DNA from: Escherichia coli
Lineage (GTDB): Bacteria > Pseudomonadota > Gammaproteobacteria > Enterobacterales > Enterobacteriaceae
Reading direction: 5' to 3' (one strand)
Length of the DNA stretch: 64,000 nucleotides
Assembly (NCBI RefSeq): GCF_003790525.1
Contig: NZ_CP033635.1
The notes under the pieces are model-generated. The model was given only the letters and a program-made list of their open reading frames with translations. It was not told where the DNA came from and made no database searches. Position 1 is the first letter of the stretch, and each line of letters opens with the position of its first letter. Both the position numbers and the translations under genes were made by a program. Of this stretch, positions 57,405 through 64,000 are shown piece after piece.

Positions 57405-58493
57405 TTACACCATCGGCACTAATGAAAGCGCGTTATCGGCAGACAGGGTAGGGTTGTTTAAGCTGCCGCTGGCGCGTGAAATTGCCGCGCAGGCCATCGC
57501 AAAACGGGCGCTGTCACGGAAACTGCTTCCTTCCAGAAAGCTATACACCAGGCCCGCCATAAAACCATCGTCAGCACCAAAACTGTCTACCGTCGTATGC
57601 GCTGGCGCAGTCAGCAAAAATTGTTCGCCATCCTTTTGGCTGCAATAAACAGACTCATCGGGCAAATAAACAAACAGTTGCTGAACGCCTTGCTGATGCA
57701 ACGCATTCACTGCGGCATTACGATCAGCATCGCGGGTTATCGGCTGGCCCCATAAAATTTCCAGCTCCGACAAAGTGGGTTTCAGAGTGTGAATATGCGC
57801 CAGCCAGTGTTTGATTTTGCCCGCTTTGAATTCTGAAACGGTATCGACAAACACCGGGATTTCATCAGCGAGGGTAAAGACCCATTCCAGCGCCTCGGCT
57901 GTCAGGTTACAATCTGCCAGTACCACGCCCGCATGACGAAGTAAATCGCGCGACCCGTTCAGTAGTTGCGGTGTCAACTGATCCAGCAGATGGGTATCGT
58001 TAATCGCCAGCACGGTTTGATCGTCTCGATTGGCAATTGCCAGATACGTCGATGTGCTTTGACCATGTAAACGAACGCAGCCGGAGACATTCACGCCGGC
58101 GCGGCGCGTTTCTTCCAGGAGCATTTCGCCATAAAAGTCATCGCCAATCACTGAAAGCAAATGAACGTCGCGGCCTAACAGCGCCAGATTGTGGGCGATA
58201 TTGCGTCCAACGCCGCCTGCCGAGCAATGAATGGTACCGGGATGAGAAGCCGCTTGCGGGTAACGGATATCCGCCATCCCGCGAATATCCATATTGATTG
58301 TCCCCACCACTACGCAGTATTCCTGCTCGGTGAGAATGTAACCTTTGCCTTTAATCCGTCCTTTGCGCATTAAATCCATAATATGCGCTGCAACACGCGA
58401 ACGGCTGATTTGCAGCATATCCGCAATTTCGTTCTGCTGAATCAGCGGGTTACGCCTTAATATTGCAAGGATCTCCTTCTCCCGGTTATTCAT
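57405..58493 (-). CDS. yeiI: Uncharacterised fusion protein: N-terminal winged-helix HTH + PfkB-family kinase
   Basis: 362-aa ORF; N-terminal HTH (EILAILRRNPLIQQNEIADMLQISRSRVAAHI) then PfkB kinase domain (AGGVGRNIAHNLALLG, GADDGFMAG) paralogous to PsuK. Confidence 0.88.
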   Translation of the reverse strand: MNNREKEILAILRRNPLIQQNEIADMLQISRSRVAAHIMDLMRKGRIKGKGYILTEQEYCVVVGTINMDIRGMADIRYPQAASHPGTIHCSAGGVGRNIAHNLALLGRDVHLLSVIGDDFYGEMLLEETRRAGVNVSGCVRLHGQSTSTYLAIANRDDQTVLAINDTHLLDQLTPQLLNGSRDLLRHAGVVLADCNLTAEALEWVFTLADEIPVFVDTVSEFKAGKIKHWLAHIHTLKPTLSELEILWGQPITRDADRNAAVNALHQQGVQQLFVYLPDESVYCSQKDGEQFLLTAPAHTTVDSFGADDGFMAGLVYSFLEGSSFRDSARFAMACAAISRASGSLNNPTLSADNALSLVPMV

Positions 58494-58495
58494 CT

Positions 58496-59353
58496 TCAGG
58501 CTACCGCTTTTTCAGTTTGTTGCGCTTTCAGCCAGGCGATCTCTTCTGCCCAGATATCCGGGTTGATGGTTTCAAGGATCAGCGGAATGCCGTCGAAACG
58601 GTCGTCCTGCATGATCCAGCGGAACGCATCATGACCGATATTGCCTTCACCGAGGCTATGATGGCGGTCAACGCGGCTGCCAAAGGTGCTTTTCGCATCG
58701 TTAAGGTGCATCCCGCGCAGATACTTAAAGCCGACAATACGGGCAAAATCCGCGAACGTTTTCTCGCATTCGGCAGAAGTACGCAAATCATACCCGGCAG
58801 CGAAAGCATGGCAGGTATCAATGCAGACGCCGACGCGGGATTTATCTTCCACGCCGTCGATAATCGCCGCGAGATGTTCGAATTTAAACCCTAAGTTACT
58901 GCCCTGACCGGCGGTGTTTTCAATCACCGCTGTCACACCATGAGTTTTATCCAGCGCAATGTTGATGGATTCGGCAATACGCGCAAGGCAATCCTCTTCT
59001 GAAATCTGCATCAGATGGCTGCCAGGGTGGAAGTTGAGCAAAGAAAGCCCCAGCTGTTCGCAACGCTGCATTTCATCTATAAAGGCATCGCGCGATTTTT
59101 CCAGAGCTTCAGTGACCGGATGTCCGAGGTTAATCAGATAACTGTCGTGGGGAAGAATTTGCGCCGATGTGTAGTGATATTTTTCACAGGCGGCTTTGAA
59201 TTCATCGATGGTTTGCGTCGTGAGCGGTGCGGCACGCCACTGACGTTGGTTTTTGGTGAACAAGGCAAACGCGGTTGCGTCGATTTCGGCGGCGCGAATT
59301 GCGGCATTTGCCAGACCGCCAGCAGCACTAACGTGCGCTCCAATGTATTTCAT
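58496..59353 (-). CDS. nfo: Endonuclease IV (AP endonuclease)
   Basis: 285-aa ORF recognised as E. coli Nfo. Confidence 0.95.
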   Translation of the reverse strand: MKYIGAHVSAAGGLANAAIRAAEIDATAFALFTKNQRQWRAAPLTTQTIDEFKAACEKYHYTSAQILPHDSYLINLGHPVTEALEKSRDAFIDEMQRCEQLGLSLLNFHPGSHLMQISEEDCLARIAESINIALDKTHGVTAVIENTAGQGSNLGFKFEHLAAIIDGVEDKSRVGVCIDTCHAFAAGYDLRTSAECEKTFADFARIVGFKYLRGMHLNDAKSTFGSRVDRHHSLGEGNIGHDAFRWIMQDDRFDGIPLILETINPDIWAEEIAWLKAQQTEKAVA

Positions 59354-59426
59354 GCGAGGACTCCTGTTAAACCCGCTGGAGGAAAACGGTAATGATAGCG
59401 GGTTAACAGGAGCAAGATGTAGTGGT

Positions 59427-60476
59427 TTATGCGATGACGCTTTGAATCACATAGTTAATCGCACCACCACCAACAATCAGCCAGGCAAACAGTACCAGAG
59501 CCATCAGCAGAGGTTTCGCCCCGGCTTTTTTCAGCGCGCTGACGTGAGTGGTCAGACCCAGCGCCGCCATCGCCATTGCCAGCAGGAAGGTATCCAGCGT
59601 TACCAGCATATTCACTACGCTCTGCGGTAACAGGTGGAACGAGTTAAAGATGGCAACTACGATGAACAAGATGGCAAACCACGGAATAGTGATTTTGCTT
59701 TTCTCGCCGCTGTTCGCCCCAGACAGCTGTTTAACACGCGCCGCCAGCAGGATGAGGAACGGAGCCAGCATCATCACGCGCAGCATTTTGGAAATAACTG
59801 CTGCGTTTTCTGCATCCGGGCTGATGGCATGACCTGCCGCCACCACCTGCGCCACTTCGTGCACAGTAGAACCAATGTAGATACCGAAAGTTTCCGGACT
59901 AAACCATTGAGACATCAGCGGATATATCGCCGGGTAGAGGAAAATCGCGACGGTCCCGAAGATAACAACGGTTGCAACAGCCACGGTTACTTTACTGGCT
60001 TCTGCTTTCACTACCGGCTCAGTCGCCAGTACCGCGGCAGCACCACAGATACTGCTACCGGCACCGATCAACCAGCTCGTGTGCTTATCCAGACCAAACA
60101 CTTTCTGCCCCAGGAAGCAAGCCAGCAGGAAGGTACTGGACAGCGTCAACACGTCAATGATGATCCCACTGATACCGACATCGGCAATTTGCGAGAACGT
60201 CAGACGGAAGCCATAAAGAATGATACCCAGACGTAATAAATATTGCTTGGCAAACAGCACGCCACCGTCACAGCTTTTCCAGATGTGCGGATAGATGGTG
60301 TTGCCTAAAACCATCCCCAACAAAATTGCGAGGGTGAGGGCACTAAACCCGGCACCCGCAACCGCGGGAATGGAACCACCCCACAGGGCGACCCCGGTGA
60401 TAACTGCACTCAGGGCTAACCCCGGAATAAAATGCCACAGTGTACGATGTTGTTTCTGTAAGGTGATATTCGTCAT
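59427..60476 (-). CDS. yeiH: Inner-membrane protein YeiH (UPF0324 family)
   Basis: 349-aa polytopic ORF, divergent from yeiE. Confidence 0.9.
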   Translation of the reverse strand: MTNITLQKQHRTLWHFIPGLALSAVITGVALWGGSIPAVAGAGFSALTLAILLGMVLGNTIYPHIWKSCDGGVLFAKQYLLRLGIILYGFRLTFSQIADVGISGIIIDVLTLSSTFLLACFLGQKVFGLDKHTSWLIGAGSSICGAAAVLATEPVVKAEASKVTVAVATVVIFGTVAIFLYPAIYPLMSQWFSPETFGIYIGSTVHEVAQVVAAGHAISPDAENAAVISKMLRVMMLAPFLILLAARVKQLSGANSGEKSKITIPWFAILFIVVAIFNSFHLLPQSVVNMLVTLDTFLLAMAMAALGLTTHVSALKKAGAKPLLMALVLFAWLIVGGGAINYVIQSVIA

Positions 60477-60574
60477 AACCCTCTCCTTTAACCGGGCATA
60501 AGGTTACGACTAACTGGTTTAAAAATAAAATTGATTATATATTTATAATTAATCTTTATAAGTGGTAAGCGACT

Positions 60575-61456
60575 ATGCACATCACCCTCCGGCAGTTGGA
60601 AGTTTTTGCAGAAGTATTGAAAAGTGGATCAACCACCCAGGCGTCGGTGATGCTGGCGTTGTCGCAATCAGCAGTGAGCGCAGCCTTGACCGACCTGGAA
60701 GGGCAGCTTGGCGTGCAACTGTTTGATCGCGTGGGGAAAAGACTGGTTGTTAATGAACACGGGCGGCTGCTCTATCCGCGCGCGTTGGCACTGCTTGAAC
60801 AGGCGGTTGAAATCGAACAACTGTTTCGCGAAGACAACGGCGCGATTCGTATCTATGCCAGTAGTACCATCGGTAACTACATTCTGCCTGCAGTTATCGC
60901 CCGTTATCGCCATGATTATCCGCAGTTGCCGATTGAACTTAGCGTTGGGAATAGCCAGGACGTGATGCAAGCGGTGCTGGATTTCCGCGTTGATATTGGC
61001 TTTATTGAAGGACCGTGCCACAGCACTGAAATCATTTCTGAACCGTGGCTGGAAGACGAGCTGGTGGTTTTCGCCGCGCCGACTTCGCCGTTGGCTCGTG
61101 GTCCGGTCACCTTAGAACAGCTGGCCGCTGCGCCGTGGATCCTGCGTGAACGCGGTTCCGGCACGCGGGAGATTGTCGATTATCTGTTGCTGTCACATTT
61201 ACCGAAGTTTGAGATGGCGATGGAATTAGGTAACTCCGAGGCAATCAAACATGCGGTGCGTCATGGGTTGGGTATTAGTTGCCTGTCGCGACGGGTGATT
61301 GAAGATCAATTGCAGGCAGGCACATTAAGTGAAGTTGCGGTCCCTCTTCCGCGCCTGATGCGTACGTTGTGGCGTATACATCATCGGCAAAAACACCTTT
61401 CCAACGCGCTACGGCGCTTCCTGGACTATTGCGATCCCGCGAATGTACCGCGTTAA
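60575..61456 (+). CDS. yeiE: LysR-type transcriptional regulator YeiE
   Basis: 293-aa ORF with N-terminal LysR HTH. Confidence 0.92.
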
Positions 61457-61660
61457 GGTGCTGTACAAGAACATGCTGGTGCTGTGTCGATTTCGTGACG
61501 CAGCGCCCTCAGCATGCATTCGCCAGAAAAGAGATTGGCTGCTTTACTTATAATCCCTGGGCGATCATGAAGGTGTCTTATAACCGTGTATTTCTGCCGG
61601 AAGGATTGCCAATCGTCTGCTACAATCGCGCCTCATTTTTAAGATGGATAGCATTTTTGT

Positions 61661-63130
61661 ATGGGTTCCGAAACTAAAACTACAGAAGCGCCGGGCTTAC
61701 GCCGTGAATTAAAGGCGCGTCACCTGACGATGATTGCCATTGGCGGTTCCATCGGTACAGGTCTTTTTGTTGCCTCTGGCGCAACGATTTCTCAGGCAGG
61801 TCCGGGCGGGGCATTGCTCTCGTATATGCTGATTGGCCTGATGGTTTACTTCCTGATGACCAGTCTCGGTGAACTGGCTGCATATATGCCGGTTTCCGGT
61901 TCGTTTGCCACTTACGGTCAGAACTATGTTGAAGAAGGCTTTGGCTTCGCGCTGGGCTGGAACTACTGGTACAACTGGGCGGTGACTATCGCCGTTGACC
62001 TGGTTGCAGCTCAGCTGGTCATGAGCTGGTGGTTCCCGGATACACCGGGCTGGATCTGGAGTGCGCTGTTCCTCGGCGTTATCTTCCTGCTGAACTACAT
62101 CTCAGTTCGTGGCTTTGGTGAAGCGGAATACTGGTTCTCACTGATCAAAGTCACGACAGTTATTGTCTTTATCATCGTTGGCGTGCTGATGATTATCGGT
62201 ATCTTCAAAGGCGCGCAGCCTGCGGGCTGGAGCAACTGGACAATCGGCGAAGCGCCGTTTGCTGGTGGTTTTGCGGCGATGATCGGCGTAGCTATGATTG
62301 TCGGCTTCTCTTTCCAGGGAACCGAGCTGATCGGTATTGCTGCAGGCGAGTCCGAAGATCCGGCGAAAAACATTCCACGCGCGGTACGTCAGGTATTCTG
62401 GCGAATCCTGTTGTTCTATGTGTTCGCGATCCTGATTATCAGCCTGATTATTCCGTATACCGATCCGAGCCTGCTGCGTAACGATGTTAAAGACATCAGC
62501 GTCAGTCCGTTCACCCTGGTGTTCCAGCACGCGGGTCTGCTCTCTGCGGCGGCGGTGATGAACGCAGTTATTCTGACGGCGGTGCTGTCAGCGGGTAACT
62601 CCGGTATGTATGCGTCTACTCGTATGCTGTACACCCTGGCGTGTGACGGTAAAGCGCCGCGCATTTTCGCTAAACTGTCGCGTGGTGGCGTGCCGCGTAA
62701 TGCGCTGTATGCGACGACGGTGATTGCAGGTCTGTGCTTCCTGACCTCCATGTTTGGCAACCAGACGGTATACCTGTGGCTGCTGAACACCTCCGGGATG
62801 ACCGGTTTTATCGCCTGGCTGGGGATTGCCATTAGCCACTATCGTTTCCGTCGCGGGTACGTATTGCAGGGACACGACATTAACGATCTGCCGTACCGTT
62901 CAGGTTTCTTCCCACTGGGGCCGATCTTCGCATTCATTCTGTGTCTGATTATCACTTTGGGCCAGAACTACGAAGCGTTCCTGAAAGATACCATTGACTG
63001 GGGCGGCGTAGCGGCAACGTATATTGGTATCCCGCTGTTCCTGATTATTTGGTTCGGATACAAGCTGATTAAAGGAACTCACTTCGTACGCTACAGCGAA
63101 ATGAAGTTCCCGCAGAACGATAAGAAATAA
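61661..63130 (+). CDS. lysP: Lysine-specific permease LysP (APC family)
   Basis: 489-aa 12-TM ORF. Confidence 0.95.
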   Translation: MGSETKTTEAPGLRRELKARHLTMIAIGGSIGTGLFVASGATISQAGPGGALLSYMLIGLMVYFLMTSLGELAAYMPVSGSFATYGQNYVEEGFGFALGWNYWYNWAVTIAVDLVAAQLVMSWWFPDTPGWIWSALFLGVIFLLNYISVRGFGEAEYWFSLIKVTTVIVFIIVGVLMIIGIFKGAQPAGWSNWTIGEAPFAGGFAAMIGVAMIVGFSFQGTELIGIAAGESEDPAKNIPRAVRQVFWRILLFYVFAILIISLIIPYTDPSLLRNDVKDISVSPFTLVFQHAGLLSAAAVMNAVILTAVLSAGNSGMYASTRMLYTLACDGKAPRIFAKLSRGGVPRNALYATTVIAGLCFLTSMFGNQTVYLWLLNTSGMTGFIAWLGIAISHYRFRRGYVLQGHDINDLPYRSGFFPLGPIFAFILCLIITLGQNYEAFLKDTIDWGGVAATYIGIPLFLIIWFGYKLIKGTHFVRYSEMKFPQNDKK

Positions 63131-63227
63131 GTTTCCTCCCTTCCTTGCTAAGCCCTCTCAACCGAGAGGGCTTTTTCAATTCCATTTCCCTGACAAATCA
63201 TGCGGATATAAAATTTAACATTTGGAT

Positions 63228-63254
63228 TGATAATTGTTATCGTTTGCATTATCG
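63228..63254 (+). promoter_or_regulatory. Candidate Fur box(es) in the cirA promoter
   Basis: GATAATTGTTATCGTTTGCATTATCG resembles the Fur consensus GATAATGATAATCATTATC (about 13/19 matches by eye), about 170 bp upstream of the cirA start. Confidence 0.5.
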
Positions 63255-63421
63255 TTACGCCGCAATCAAAAAAGGCTGACAAATCAGAGGCTGTTCCGGC
63301 TTTCTGGGATGATCACCTGCATACAAATAAGTCCACCGCGATGCTGCCGTACGCAAGGGGACGTAAAGAAGATGTGAGCGATACCCATTTTATTTTCGTA
63401 GTTACCTCATGGAGATATGGA

Positions 63422-64000
63422 ATGTTTAGGTTGAACCCTTTCGTACGGGTCGGGCTGTGTTTGTCCGCTATTTCTTGTGCATGGCCTGTGTTAGCGGTCG
63501 ATGATGATGGCGAAACGATGGTTGTCACTGCATCTTCCGTTGAGCAAAACCTTAAAGATGCACCCGCCAGTATCAGCGTCATTACCCAGGAAGACCTGCA
63601 GCGAAAACCGGTACAGAATCTGAAGGATGTCCTCAAAGAAGTGCCTGGCGTACAACTGACGAACGAAGGGGATAACCGTAAGGGCGTAAGTATTCGTGGT
63701 CTGGACAGCAGCTACACCCTGATTCTTGTCGACGGTAAACGCGTTAACTCCCGCAATGCCGTCTTCCGCCACAATGATTTCGATCTGAACTGGATCCCGG
63801 TCGATTCCATCGAACGTATTGAAGTGGTCCGTGGCCCGATGTCGTCGCTGTACGGTTCCGATGCGCTCGGCGGTGTAGTGAATATCATCACCAAAAAAAT
63901 CGGTCAGAAATGGTCGGGCACCGTTACCGTCGATACCACCGTTCAGGAACATCGCGATCGCGGTGATACCTATAACGGTCAGTTCTTTACCAGCGGACCA
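63422..64000 (+). CDS. cirA: TonB-dependent colicin I / catecholate siderophore receptor CirA, N-terminal part (runs off the window end)
   Basis: Hand translation: [63 protein letters not shown]...; signal peptide, TonB box (ETMVVTA) and plug domain. Not in the ORF track because no stop lies within the window. Confidence 0.9.
   Translation, partial: MFRLNPFVRVGLCLSAISCAWPVLAVDDDGETMVVTASSVEQNLKDAPASISVITQEDLQRKPVQNLKDVLKEVPGVQLTNEGDNRKGVSIRGLDSSYTLILVDGKRVNSRNAVFRHNDFDLNWIPVDSIERIEVVRGPMSSLYGSDALGGVVNIITKKIGQKWSGTVTVDTTVQEHRDRGDTYNGQFFTSGP

Overview
This window is a contiguous, gene-dense stretch of Escherichia coli chromosome, K-12-like in gene content and order, and I recognise essentially every ORF of 60 aa or more as a known E. 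coli gene. I do not find a novel multi-gene system: there is no CRISPR array, no IS element, transposase, integrase or phage gene, and no intergenic gap large enough to hide an unannotated protein-coding locus. Gene order, left to right: the 3' end of ompC, apbE, ada-alkB, yojI, mqo, eco (opposite strand), the small ORF yojO, the 15-gene napFDAGHBC-ccmABCDEFGH operon, narP, the autotransporter yejO, tRNA-Pro (proL), yejM, yejL, yejK, rplY, yejH, rsuA, bcr, yejG, yejFEBA, rtn, mepS, lpxT, yeiR, yeiQ, yeiP, yeiW, setB, fruBKA, psuK-psuG-psuT, yeiL, rihB, nupX, yeiI, nfo, yeiH, yeiE, lysP and the 5' end of cirA. Gene identities rest on my recognition of the translated ORFs and their motifs; no database search was run. 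The most interesting items are modest: (1) a 20-nt block and small hairpin conserved upstream of both NupC-family permease paralogs psuT and nupX, with one compensatory base-pair change; (2) the duplicated kinase/permease nucleoside modules, including the uncharacterised HTH-kinase fusion yeiI; (3) the 54-codon ORF yojO, whose start overlaps the NarP/NarL palindrome of the napF promoter; (4) an apparently intact yejO with no insertion element between it and narP. Coordinates of CDSs come from the supplied ORF track, with starts trimmed where I recognise the known N-terminus. Coordinates of small sites were counted by hand and may be off by 1-2 nt; my hand count disagreed with the ORF track by 1 nt near 15240 and 20260.
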